Positions 10,004 through 18,719 of a DNA stretch of 40,670 nt are shown here, piece by piece; the stretch's first letter is position 1, and every line of letters begins with the position of its first letter. The stretch is from an uncultured Ignavibacteria bacterium. Its GTDB lineage: Bacteria; Zixibacteria; MSB-5A5; SM1-73. The notes below the pieces were generated by a model, which had not been told where the DNA came from, made no database searches, and was given only the letters and a program-made list of their open reading frames with translations. Location: NCBI GenBank assembly GCA_964588675.1, contig CAZPRG010000001.1:1-40670 (forward strand). The letters run 5' to 3'. The position numbers and the translations under genes were made by a program.

Positions 10004-10738
10004 TTGGAAAACAGCTGGGAGAAAATGAAGGCCCTGGTCATAATACCCACTTATAATGAAAGGGAGAACATCGAGGCCATGGTTCCGGCCGTGCTCGAAA
10101 AGGACCCCTCCCTGGACATTCTGATAGTGGACGACAATTCTCCGGACGGCACCGGCCGGATCGCCGATTCCATGTCCCAGGCCGACCAACGGATTTTCGT
10201 GCTGCACCGGCAGAGCAAGTCGGGTCTGGGAACGGCCTACATCAGCGGCTTCAAATTCGCGCTGGAGAAGAAATACGACCTGGTCTTCGAGATGGACTGC
10301 GATTTCTCGCACGATCCCAAATACATCCCCGACTTTCTGCGCGCGGCACAGGAGGCGGATCTGGTGCTGGGGTCCAGATACATAAGCGGGGTGAACGTGG
10401 TGAACTGGCCCATATCCCGACTGCTCCTGTCCTACTATGCCAACGTCTATTCCCGGATCGTGACCGGCTTGCCGGTGAGGGATGCCACCGGGGGTTTCAA
10501 GTGTTTCCGCCGGCAGGTGCTGGAGAGCATCGACTTGGATCGGGTGAAATCCAACGGCTACTCCTTTCAGATAGAGATGAGCTTTCGCGCCTGGAAGAAG
10601 GGTTTCAAGATAAAGGAGATACCCATCGTTTTCGAGGACCGGAAGGTGGGCCAGTCCAAAATGTCAAAGAGCATCGTAAGGGAGGCCATTTGGATGGTTT
10701 GGAGGCTGAGGATCTGGAGCCTTCTGGGGAAGCTGTAA
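10004..10738 (+). CDS. Polyprenol-phosphate mannose/sugar synthase (Dpm1/Ppm1-type GT2, no TM anchor)
   Basis: ALVIIPTYNERENIEAMVPAVL, DILIVDDNSPDGTG, GLGTAYISGF, MDCDFSHDP, GSRY, and GQSKMS near the C-terminus. This is the classic Dpm1 layout. The start is TTG 10004 or ATG 10025. Confidence 0.85.
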   Translation: MENSWEKMKALVIIPTYNERENIEAMVPAVLEKDPSLDILIVDDNSPDGTGRIADSMSQADQRIFVLHRQSKSGLGTAYISGFKFALEKKYDLVFEMDCDFSHDPKYIPDFLRAAQEADLVLGSRYISGVNVVNWPISRLLLSYYANVYSRIVTGLPVRDATGGFKCFRRQVLESIDLDRVKSNGYSFQIEMSFRAWKKGFKIKEIPIVFEDRKVGQSKMSKSIVREAIWMVWRLRIWSLLGKL

Positions 10739-10861
10739 CCGTGAACCGGTGGCCTGACTTGTGGCCCTCGCATATCAAAACCGGAACCTTGGGCCCATTC
10801 CGGAGCGACTTGAAGGTTTTTCTCTCTTTGGTTGATTAAGCATAAACTGTGACGTCCGCTC

Positions 10862-11749
10862 ATGGAGTTTTCTCGACAGCCAGATTTGGATTTATCTATC
10901 GTCATAGTCAGCCACAATGCGGAGAAGCTTCTGAGGAAATGCTTGGACTCGATCTATCGTTACCAGAAGGAGTTGGCTTTCGAGGTCACGGTGGTGGACA
11001 ATTGCTCTGAGGATCGGACCACCGCAGTGGTGAAGAGGGATTTTCCGCAGGTGAAGTTGTTGGAGAACCAAGCCAATTGGGGGTTTTCCGTGGCGTGCAA
11101 TCAGGGCATAAGATCGGCCCGCGGCCGGTACCTTTTCCTGCTGAATCCGGACACGGAATTCACTCCCGGAGGCATAACCCGGATGATCAGATTCATGGAG
11201 ACTCACCGGCAGACGGCGATATGCGGCCCCCGGATGATCGACTCCCAGGGAAGAATCCAGTTCTCCTGCCGCTCCTTCCCTTCTTACCTGACCGCCTTCT
11301 CATCCGGGCAGTCCGTCTTAAACCGTCTTTTTCCTAGCAACCCGTTGTCCCGGAGATATCTCATGCGGGAGTTGAATCGAAGCAAAGAAAGCCAGGTGGA
11401 CTGGATATCCGGATCCAGCCTGTTGACCAGAAGGGAGGTCTTCGAGACAATCGGGCTTTTGGACGAGCGGTTTTTCATGTACGTGGAAGACGTGGATTTC
11501 TGCCTGCGGGCAAGGCAAAACGGGCTTCTGACCTATTACTTTCCGGAAGTGACCATCCTTCACCACATCGGGCAGAGCACCAAAAGAAGACGTTTAAGCA
11601 TGCAGGTGGAACATCATCGCAGCATGTATCGTTTTTATGATAAGCACTACGCGCCCCATCCCCTGTTGCGGGCAGCCGTTTTTATGGGCGTCTGGTTTCG
11701 ATTGTGGTTTACCATATGGGCAGGATTTTTCGTACCCAGAGGAAGATGA
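10862..11749 (+). CDS. GT2-family glycosyltransferase (WbbL/rhamnosyltransferase-like)
   Basis: LSIVIVSHNAEKLLRKCLDSI, VTVVDNCSEDRT, NWGFSVACNQG, LLNPDTEF, and FFMYVEDVDFCLRARQNG (the ED-containing motif typical of this GT2 subgroup). Confidence 0.8.
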   Translation: MEFSRQPDLDLSIVIVSHNAEKLLRKCLDSIYRYQKELAFEVTVVDNCSEDRTTAVVKRDFPQVKLLENQANWGFSVACNQGIRSARGRYLFLLNPDTEFTPGGITRMIRFMETHRQTAICGPRMIDSQGRIQFSCRSFPSYLTAFSSGQSVLNRLFPSNPLSRRYLMRELNRSKESQVDWISGSSLLTRREVFETIGLLDERFFMYVEDVDFCLRARQNGLLTYYFPEVTILHHIGQSTKRRRLSMQVEHHRSMYRFYDKHYAPHPLLRAAVFMGVWFRLWFTIWAGFFVPRGR

Positions 11750-11859
11750 CAGGCTCAAAGCTTTACCGCCTTTTTCCCCACGGGTTAAACCCGAGGGGAG
11801 GCGGGCGAGAGGACGGGAGAGAGCTGTAAGCTGAGTTAAACCCGGTTTACACACGGAAC

Positions 11860-12837
11860 ATGAACGGACCGCATCTGGAATTCGAGAAGCCGATCTACGA
11901 GCTGGAAAAGCGCATAAGCGACTTAAAGGAGCTGGCCGGTCGCCGGGGAGACGACTCGCTGGACGATCTGGAGCTTTCCCGCGAGATCAAGTCCCTGGAG
12001 GAGAAGCTGGATAGGCTCAGCCGGGACATACACTCCAAACTCACGCGCTGGCAGAGGGTCCAACTGGCGCGCCATCCTCGCCGACCCTGCTCTCTGGATT
12101 TCATCTCGTTGATGACCACGGATTTTGTGGAGCTGCACGGCGACCGTGGTTTCTCTGACGATAAGGCCATAGTGGGCGGCTTCGCCAAGCTGGACGGCAA
12201 ACCCATCTTGGTGGTGGGCCAACAAAAAGGAAGGGATACCAAACAGAAGCTGTACCGAAACTTCGGCATGCCCCACCCGGAGGGCTACCGCAAGGCGCTC
12301 AGGTTGATGCAGTTGGCGTCGCGGTTCGGAAGGCCAGTGATGGTGTTGATAGACACGCCGGGCGCTTTTCCGGGCATTGGAGCCGAGGAAAGAGGACAGG
12401 CAGAGGCCATAGCCCACAACCTGAGAGAGATGACCCGTCTTCAGGTGCCTATCGTCATAATAGTGATCGGCGAAGGGGCCAGCGGAGGGGCACTGGGAAT
12501 CGGGGTGGGCGACCGGGTCTTCATGCTGGAGAACGCCTGGTACTCGGTGATATCGCCGGAGGGGTGCGCGGCCATCCTGTGGAGGGACGCCGCCAAGGCC
12601 CAGGAAGCCGCCGAGGCCCTGAAGCTGTCCGCTCCGGATCTGATGAAGCTGAAAGTGATCGACAAAATCATCCCCGAGCCCGGCGGCGGGGCGCACCGCG
12701 ACCCCAACCGGCAGGCCCAGGTACTCAAGACCGAGGTGTTGTCGGCGTTGGCCGAATTGGAAGACTTAAGCACGGAGGAGTTGATTGCCCGGCGGATCGC
12801 CAAGTTCCGGGTGATGGGGGAGTATCGGGAAGGTTGA
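11860..12837 (+). CDS. accA: Acetyl-CoA carboxylase carboxyltransferase alpha subunit
   Basis: [20 protein letters not shown] at the N-terminus, [52 protein letters not shown]. Confidence 0.95.
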   Translation: MNGPHLEFEKPIYELEKRISDLKELAGRRGDDSLDDLELSREIKSLEEKLDRLSRDIHSKLTRWQRVQLARHPRRPCSLDFISLMTTDFVELHGDRGFSDDKAIVGGFAKLDGKPILVVGQQKGRDTKQKLYRNFGMPHPEGYRKALRLMQLASRFGRPVMVLIDTPGAFPGIGAEERGQAEAIAHNLREMTRLQVPIVIIVIGEGASGGALGIGVGDRVFMLENAWYSVISPEGCAAILWRDAAKAQEAAEALKLSAPDLMKLKVIDKIIPEPGGGAHRDPNRQAQVLKTEVLSALAELEDLSTEELIARRIAKFRVMGEYREG

Positions 12838-12932
12838 CAATGCTCTTCGGCCGCCTCCGGCTGGTGAACTGGCAGGAACGGGAACCGGCTCAATCCGCCG
12901 TCACCGAAGCATCAAAGAAAAAGGAGAAGATC

Positions 12933-13097
12933 ATGATAGATTCGAGGCTTCTGGAAATTCTGGCCTGTCCCGCCTGCAAGGGCGATTTGACCTACGATCA
13001 GAAAGCCCAGAAACTCATCTGCGAGAAGTGCCGGCTGAAATACCCCATAAAGGACGACATCCCGGTGATGTTGGTGGACCAGGCCGAGAGGTACTGA
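12933..13097 (+). CDS. Trm112/YcaR-like small zinc-ribbon protein (UPF0434)
   Basis: 54-aa product [21 protein letters not shown]...[27 protein letters not shown] with CPxC...CxxC. AAGGAG lies 6 nt upstream of ATG 12933. The longer 12564 ORF overlaps accA and is rejected. Confidence 0.8.
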   Translation: MIDSRLLEILACPACKGDLTYDQKAQKLICEKCRLKYPIKDDIPVMLVDQAERY

Positions 13098-13138
13098 ATC
13101 GGAATCGGCCCCAATGGAATAATAGGAGGAGCATTAGG

Positions 13139-13591
13139 ATGAAGCTTTCCAAATTCTGTGTGGAGGATCTGATTTCCTTTGAGCTGGGGGCGGAAACCAA
13201 AGATGAAGTGATCAAGGAACTGGTGGAGTTGGCGGCCAGATCCAAGCTGGTCAAGGATTCTCATCAACTGCTGCAGGACATCCTGGAGAGGGAGAAGCTG
13301 GTCACCACCGGCGTGGGTTATGAGGTGGCCTTCCCTCACGCCAAGTCCAAAGCCGTGCGGGGCATAATCATCGCTTTCGGCAGGTCCAAGAAAGGGATCG
13401 ATTTCAATTCCATGGACAAGAAGCCGGTTCACCTTTTCTTCTTGATCGCCGCGCCGGAAGACGCCATCGGGGCTCACCTGAACGTGATGGCCCGGCTCTC
13501 CTATCTGATGAAAGGCGAAAAGAACCGCGACAAGCTGATGAAGATCAAAAGTCCCAAGGAATTGCTGGAGGTGCTAGACTCGGTGGAGTGA
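13139..13591 (+). CDS. ptsN: PTS EIIA-2 domain protein (nitrogen-regulatory EIIA-Ntr-like)
   Basis: MKLSKFCVEDLISFELGAETKDEVIKELVEL..., phosphorylatable His context GVGYEVAFPHAKS, and LFFLIAAPEDAIGAHLNVMARL. AGGAGG lies upstream of ATG 13139. Confidence 0.8.
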   Translation: MKLSKFCVEDLISFELGAETKDEVIKELVELAARSKLVKDSHQLLQDILEREKLVTTGVGYEVAFPHAKSKAVRGIIIAFGRSKKGIDFNSMDKKPVHLFFLIAAPEDAIGAHLNVMARLSYLMKGEKNRDKLMKIKSPKELLEVLDSVE

Positions 13592-13824
13592 GACTGGCAT
13601 GCGGTGGTCTTGCCCAAACGCCGGAGTGAACCCTCGGGCTCCCGCGGGTCAAGTAAGGGGGACGGTCGCCCGCCGGCGGAAGTCGCGGCAACCGCCGGCA
13701 GGGAACCTCAGTTATCGGGGAATGGGATAAATCGGCTTCGAGATTTCCCCACAGGCACCTTTGAGGAGCCGAACAGGCCATGGGATGCGCTCAAGGCCGT
13801 GTCTTTTAGTCTTTCTGCCGGCAT

Positions 13825-14655
13825 ATGGACAGGTTCTCATTTCTGATTCATACAAAAAAGCAGACTCGGGTTCAATTGGCGGGGTTTCTTGTGGCTTCCC
13901 TTCTACTTCTGATCCTTCCTCGCGGACTGAAATCCGACATCTCCGCGGTGATATTCAAATTCACCTACGGACCCTTTTACGCCCTGAGCAACCACATCCG
14001 GGAGCTGGAGGGGGTGCGGGAGGAAAACCGGCAGCTCCACCGGAAGGTGATGGAGCTGTCCATCAAGAACTCCCAGCTTACCGAGGAACATCTTGAGAAT
14101 TCAAGGCTGCGGGAGCTTCTGGGTTTCAAGTCCCAACTGGAGCAGCTGGTGATTCCGGCTGATGTCGTGGCATCCGAGCCCAACCGCCGGGCGTTCACGG
14201 TGATGATCAACAAGGGCCAAAAAGATCAGGTCCAAAGAAACATGCCCGTGGTCAATATGTACGGGCTGGTGGGAAAAATACTGGACGTTTCGGGGCACAC
14301 CGCCGTGGTGCAGCTTTTGATTGAGCCCAGCTTCCGGGCCTCGGCCCAGGTCCAGAGAAGCCGGGTTATGGGAATAATAAAACCCGGGGCCGGGTTGACC
14401 CTGCGCCTGGACAACGTTCCTCTGGCGGAAGACGTGAGAGAAGGAGATCGGGTGATCACCTCCGGGCTGGGTGGGGTCTTTCCCGGGGGCATAGAGATCG
14501 GGGTGGTGGCCAGCGCCCAAAGCGAGGAGGCCTTTTCACAGGATTACCAGACCTTCGGCATATTCAAAATGATCCAGGTCAGCCCCTCGGTGGACTTCAG
14601 CACCTTGGAGGAGCTGTTCGTATTGAAGGTGATGCCGCAGGCCAGGATGGAGTGA
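13825..14655 (+). CDS. mreC: Rod shape-determining protein MreC
   Basis: N-terminal TM segment, a coiled-coil (RELEGVREENRQLHRKVMELSIKNSQLTEE..LRELLGFK), then MreC beta domains (MPVVNMYGLVGKI; VITSGLGGVFPGGIEIGVV). Followed by mreD, mrdA and rodA. Confidence 0.9.
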   Translation: MDRFSFLIHTKKQTRVQLAGFLVASLLLLILPRGLKSDISAVIFKFTYGPFYALSNHIRELEGVREENRQLHRKVMELSIKNSQLTEEHLENSRLRELLGFKSQLEQLVIPADVVASEPNRRAFTVMINKGQKDQVQRNMPVVNMYGLVGKILDVSGHTAVVQLLIEPSFRASAQVQRSRVMGIIKPGAGLTLRLDNVPLAEDVREGDRVITSGLGGVFPGGIEIGVVASAQSEEAFSQDYQTFGIFKMIQVSPSVDFSTLEELFVLKVMPQARME

Positions 14656-15248
14656 TCGTCTCCGGGCAATCAGGGGAGACCTGCCGGCATCAAAGGAGAA
14701 TCAGCCCAAACGAGGACCGTCGCAGAGTGTTCTGGGGAAGCGCCACATTTTCCAAGATCCTATCGGCAGCCATCATCCTCCTCATGCTGGTGGTTTTTCA
14801 GAGTCTGCTGTCGGACCTGGTGACCATCGGGGGGATCAGGCTGGACTTGGCCGTGGTGATACTGGTGTACGTGGCCTTGACTCGCGGTCCCGCCTACGGC
14901 ATGACATTCGGCTTTGCCATAGGACTTCTGCTGGACGTCTTCACCCCCTCCACCCTGGGCTGGGGAGCTCTGGTCAAATGCCTGATCGGATTCACTGTGG
15001 GCAGCTTCAAGGACAACCTTTACCTGGAGAGCCTTTATTCCAAGGGGGCGGTAATGTTCTTGGCTCTCATCGCAAATGACCTTTTGTACTACCTGTTCGT
15101 CACCGGCCTCACGGTCACCACCGCGGACATGTTGCTCCGGGCATCGCTCCCCTCGGCCGTCTACACCTCGGCAGTGGGCATGCTCATCTTTCTGGTGATG
15201 AACCGGATTCACTGGGAGAAGTGGAGCGTGGAAAAAAGCTCCGGTTGA
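14652..15248 (+). CDS. mreD: Rod shape-determining protein MreD
   Basis: Small polytopic membrane protein directly after and overlapping mreC, in the conserved mreCD-mrdA-rodA order. The real start is probably internal (for example in-frame GTG 14727). Confidence 0.7.
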   Translation: MIVSGQSGETCRHQRRISPNEDRRRVFWGSATFSKILSAAIILLMLVVFQSLLSDLVTIGGIRLDLAVVILVYVALTRGPAYGMTFGFAIGLLLDVFTPSTLGWGALVKCLIGFTVGSFKDNLYLESLYSKGAVMFLALIANDLLYYLFVTGLTVTTADMLLRASLPSAVYTSAVGMLIFLVMNRIHWEKWSVEKSSG

Positions 15249-15336
15249 ATGGGAAAAGCGGAGCGGGGCAGTCGGATCAGCCTAGTTCAAGCTGCTTTGA
15301 AATCCGCCGCTCTCCCGTGTAGGATCACAGGATATC

Positions 15337-17310
15337 GTGGATAAGTCGAGACATTCCGGGCCGTCGGTTCGCTGGCGGGCAGATTCTGGGGATCTCAGTC
15401 CGCAGGTCTCGCGGACCGGTTTCATCCCCGGGGGCAAAAGGGCCAGGCTCCTGTTGGGTGCCTGGGGAGTCATTTTGCTTATGCTGGTGGGGAGGCTCTT
15501 CTTCCTGCAGGTGGTGAAGGGAGACTATTATTTCAGAATTTCCGAGGAAAACCGCATTCGGCTGCTTACCCTTCCCGCCTCCCGGGGTCAGATCACCGAC
15601 AGAAACGGCAGGATCATCGCCACCAGCCGGCCCTCCTATACCGCCTTCCTCATACCCTATCAGGTAATGGAGGCTCTCCCCGGCAGGAATTCGTATCTGC
15701 CCAAAGACAACATGGCCTCCCTGACGCACAAGCTTGCGGTTTCATTGGAGCTGGACAGCTCCTATCTGGAGCAGAAACTTAAATCCAGATGGTGGTTGGG
15801 ATACGAGCCCATAAAGCTCAAGAAGGACATTAACTTCCATACCGTCTGCGTCATCGAGGAGCAAAACGAGGACCTGCCGGGAGTGATCTACCAAGTGGAG
15901 CCCACCCGAAAATACCTGGAAGCCGGTTGGGTGGGTCACGTGGTGGGATACGTGAACGAACTCTCCAGGAAGGAGCTGAACCAAGCATCCACTCAGCAGG
16001 GGTTCCGTCTGGGCGGCGTGATCGGCAGGAAGGGACTGGAGAGGCAATACGACGATTTGCTGAGAGGAAACGACGGAACCACATTTTTGGAGGTGACCGC
16101 TCGGGGCAAGATTCTGGGACCTCTTCAGGAGAAGAGGCCCGATCCTCCGGTCAATGGTTCCGATCTTCGTCTAACCATCGACCTGGATCTTCAGGCCGCG
16201 GCCGAGTCCGCTCTGGCGGACTGCCCCAGTGCCGCCGTGGTGGCCTTGGATCCCCGAAACGGAGGAGTGCTGGCTCTGGTGAGCAAACCCTCGGTGGACG
16301 CCAATCTTTTTGCGGGAAGCTTGTCGCCCGAGCAATGGAACGACATTTTGGAGGACCCTCTCCATCCTCTTCTCACCCGGCCCATCCAAGCGACCTATCC
16401 CCCCGGGTCGACTTTGAAGCTTCTGACTGCCGCAATCGCCCTGGAAACAGGCGTAGCCACCGAGAACACCTGCTTTCTCCCCTGCGACGGATCTTTCACC
16501 TTCGGCAAAAGGGAGTTCAGATGCTGGCAGCCCACGGGACACGGGCGCCTGGATCTTAAAGACGCCATCATTCAGTCCTGCGACGTTTACTTCTACCAGT
16601 TGGGGTTGAAAGTCGGGCTGGAGAGATGGAGCCGCTATGCACGCATGTGCGGCTTCGGCCAAAGGACCGGCGTGGACCTGCCGGATGAGGCCAAGGGCTT
16701 TGTTCCCACTCTGGACTACTACCGCCAAAGGTACGGCAAAGGGGATTGGGTGAAAAGCCTGGTGATAAACCTGTCCATCGGACAGGGCGAGGTCCTGGTC
16801 AGCCCGCTGCAGCTGGCGGTTTTTTTCGCGGGTTTAGCCACCGACGGCAGGCTGGTTAAGCCGCACCTGGTAGACCAGGTGATCATGGCAGATGGCAGGA
16901 CCCTGCCGTCCCAGCCGGAGATCACCGGATATCTGCCCTTCTCTCCTTCCACCCTACGCATACTCCAGGAGGCCATGACCGGAGCGGTCAACGACCCTCG
17001 CGGAACCGGAAGCCTGGCCAAGATTCCCGACATCACCGTGGCCGGAAAAACCGGCACCGCCCAGAATCCGCATGGCCAGGATCACGCCTGGTTTGTGGGC
17101 TACGCTCCGGCTTCCGATCCCCGGATAGTGGTGGTGGTTCTGGCGGAAAACGTGGGCCACGGGGGTACCTTTGCGGCGCCGGTGGCCCGGGCGGTAATGG
17201 AGAGATACTTGAAAGGAGCACCTCCGGCCGCACCTCAATACGCCGCGGAGCCTGCCGCCGATTCATCCGCCGAAAGCAGCCTCACCAAAGAGCTGGGGGA
17301 GGCAAGATGA
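15337..17310 (+). CDS. mrdA: Penicillin-binding protein 2 (elongasome transpeptidase)
   Basis: N-terminal TM segment, PBP dimerisation domain (RGQITDRNGRIIATS), and transpeptidase motifs PGSTLK (SxxK) and AGKTGTAQ (KTG). Overlaps the rodA start (ATGA). Confidence 0.9.
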   Translation: MDKSRHSGPSVRWRADSGDLSPQVSRTGFIPGGKRARLLLGAWGVILLMLVGRLFFLQVVKGDYYFRISEENRIRLLTLPASRGQITDRNGRIIATSRPSYTAFLIPYQVMEALPGRNSYLPKDNMASLTHKLAVSLELDSSYLEQKLKSRWWLGYEPIKLKKDINFHTVCVIEEQNEDLPGVIYQVEPTRKYLEAGWVGHVVGYVNELSRKELNQASTQQGFRLGGVIGRKGLERQYDDLLRGNDGTTFLEVTARGKILGPLQEKRPDPPVNGSDLRLTIDLDLQAAAESALADCPSAAVVALDPRNGGVLALVSKPSVDANLFAGSLSPEQWNDILEDPLHPLLTRPIQATYPPGSTLKLLTAAIALETGVATENTCFLPCDGSFTFGKREFRCWQPTGHGRLDLKDAIIQSCDVYFYQLGLKVGLERWSRYARMCGFGQRTGVDLPDEAKGFVPTLDYYRQRYGKGDWVKSLVINLSIGQGEVLVSPLQLAVFFAGLATDGRLVKPHLVDQVIMADGRTLPSQPEITGYLPFSPSTLRILQEAMTGAVNDPRGTGSLAKIPDITVAGKTGTAQNPHGQDHAWFVGYAPASDPRIVVVVLAENVGHGGTFAAPVARAVMERYLKGAPPAAPQYAAEPAADSSAESSLTKELGEAR

Positions 17311-18530
17311 TCCGACTCGGTTCCAGGGAGATCGACTGGTCGCTGGTGATAGTAGCCCTGCTGCTGTGCATAATCGGCGTCTTTTTGATCTACAGCGCCA
17401 AATACCACAGCGAGAGCGCCGCCGAGAGGACCATTTGGATCAAGCAGATCGTGTGGATCGTGTTGGGTCTTCTGGCGTGCGCGCTCACCTTCTCCATACC
17501 TTTGAAGTTTTACGAAGTGTTTTCCTATGTGCTTTATTTCCTCTGCCTTCTGAGCCTGGTATTGATCCTGATGGTGGGATCGTCCAAGATGGGCGCAGCC
17601 CGTTGGATATCCCTGGGAGGTTTCAACATCCAACCTTCGGAATTCGCCAAGATCGGCACTCTTTTTCCTCTGGCCAGGTACTTAGCCTATTCCAAACGCT
17701 CCATATACGGCTTGAGATGGCTGGCCAGCGTGGTGGGACTGACCCTCATGCCGGCTCTTCTGATCCTCAAGCAGCCCGATCTGGGCACCTCGCTGGTCTT
17801 CTTCGCCATTCTGATCTCCATGCTGTTCTGGTCCGGGGTCCCGCTTCTGTACCTGCTGCTGATAGTCTCTCCCCTGGTGAGCTTAGTCTGCGCTTTCCAC
17901 TGGATCTCCTGGGCCTTGTTCTTCCTGCTCTTGGTCTTTCTGCTGCACCGCCTGCGGCTGACCTTCGTCTTCTCGGTGGGCTTCCTTCTGGTGAACCTGG
18001 CCTTCGGCATGGTCACGCCCCTGGTGTGGAACAAGCTGCACGACTACCAGAAACAGCGCATCATCGTCTTTTTGGATCCGGGAAGGGATCCCCAGGGAGC
18101 GGGTTACCAGATAATTCAGTCCAAAGTGGCCATTGGTTCCGGCGGGATCGCGGGCAAAGGATACCTGGAGGGCAGCCAGACCAAGCTGGCGTTTCTCCCT
18201 CATCAGCACACCGATTTCGTGTTCTCGGTTTTGGGCGAGGAATTCGGCATGCTGGGCGGATTGGTTCTTTTGGGACTGTTCGCATTTCTGCTGGTGAAGG
18301 GGATACTGATCGCCCAGAAGACCAGAAACACTTTCGCCGGCAACCTGGCCATCGGCCTGGTGGCCATACTCGGTTTCCAGATGCTGGTGAACATAGGCAT
18401 GACCCTGGGGGTGATGCCGGTTACCGGGTTGCCTCTGCCTTTCGTCAGCTATGGCGGCTCGTCCATGATCGCCAGTTGGGCCATGCTGGGATTGCTTCTG
18501 GCAATCAATTCGCGCTGGTACGAGTACTAA
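17307..18530 (+). CDS. rodA: SEDS-family peptidoglycan polymerase RodA
   Basis: FtsW/RodA/SpoVE hallmarks: NIQPSEFAKI, DLGTSLVF, HTDFVFSVLGEEFGMLGG, PVTGLPLPFVSYGGSS. Position directly after PBP2. Confidence 0.9.
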   Translation: MIRLGSREIDWSLVIVALLLCIIGVFLIYSAKYHSESAAERTIWIKQIVWIVLGLLACALTFSIPLKFYEVFSYVLYFLCLLSLVLILMVGSSKMGAARWISLGGFNIQPSEFAKIGTLFPLARYLAYSKRSIYGLRWLASVVGLTLMPALLILKQPDLGTSLVFFAILISMLFWSGVPLLYLLLIVSPLVSLVCAFHWISWALFFLLLVFLLHRLRLTFVFSVGFLLVNLAFGMVTPLVWNKLHDYQKQRIIVFLDPGRDPQGAGYQIIQSKVAIGSGGIAGKGYLEGSQTKLAFLPHQHTDFVFSVLGEEFGMLGGLVLLGLFAFLLVKGILIAQKTRNTFAGNLAIGLVAILGFQMLVNIGMTLGVMPVTGLPLPFVSYGGSSMIASWAMLGLLLAINSRWYEY

Positions 18531-18719
18531 TCTTTAAGGGGCCGGACTTCTGCCAGAGGCAGACTCGTCCTTGGCGGACTTCCGACCAAGAGCAGAAAAA
18601 GAGACGACCATGCTGAAACATCCCTCGTCCAAATGGCGGCCGGGAGCCCTGGTCCGGCCACATCCCCTGAGAGGCGACCGGGAGCCAGTAACCAAGGGCC
18701 AAGCGGTCCGGGAGGGTCT

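Noticed and set aside
13592-13824. SRP (4.5S) or 6S RNA in the ptsN-mreC spacer, prompted by a GGAA-containing loop on a GC stem.
   Set aside because: The conserved SRP helix-8 internal loops (AGCA / GGAA-closed apex with flanking symmetric loop) cannot be matched. No 6S-like central bubble is evident. It is kept only as an unclassified structured spacer.
17366-18616. 416-aa ORF on the + strand overlapping rodA in another frame.
   Set aside because: Its composition is Arg/Gly/Pro-rich with no recognisable motifs or TM pattern. The rodA frame carries unmistakable SEDS motifs. This is the typical off-frame open reading of GC-rich, codon-biased DNA.
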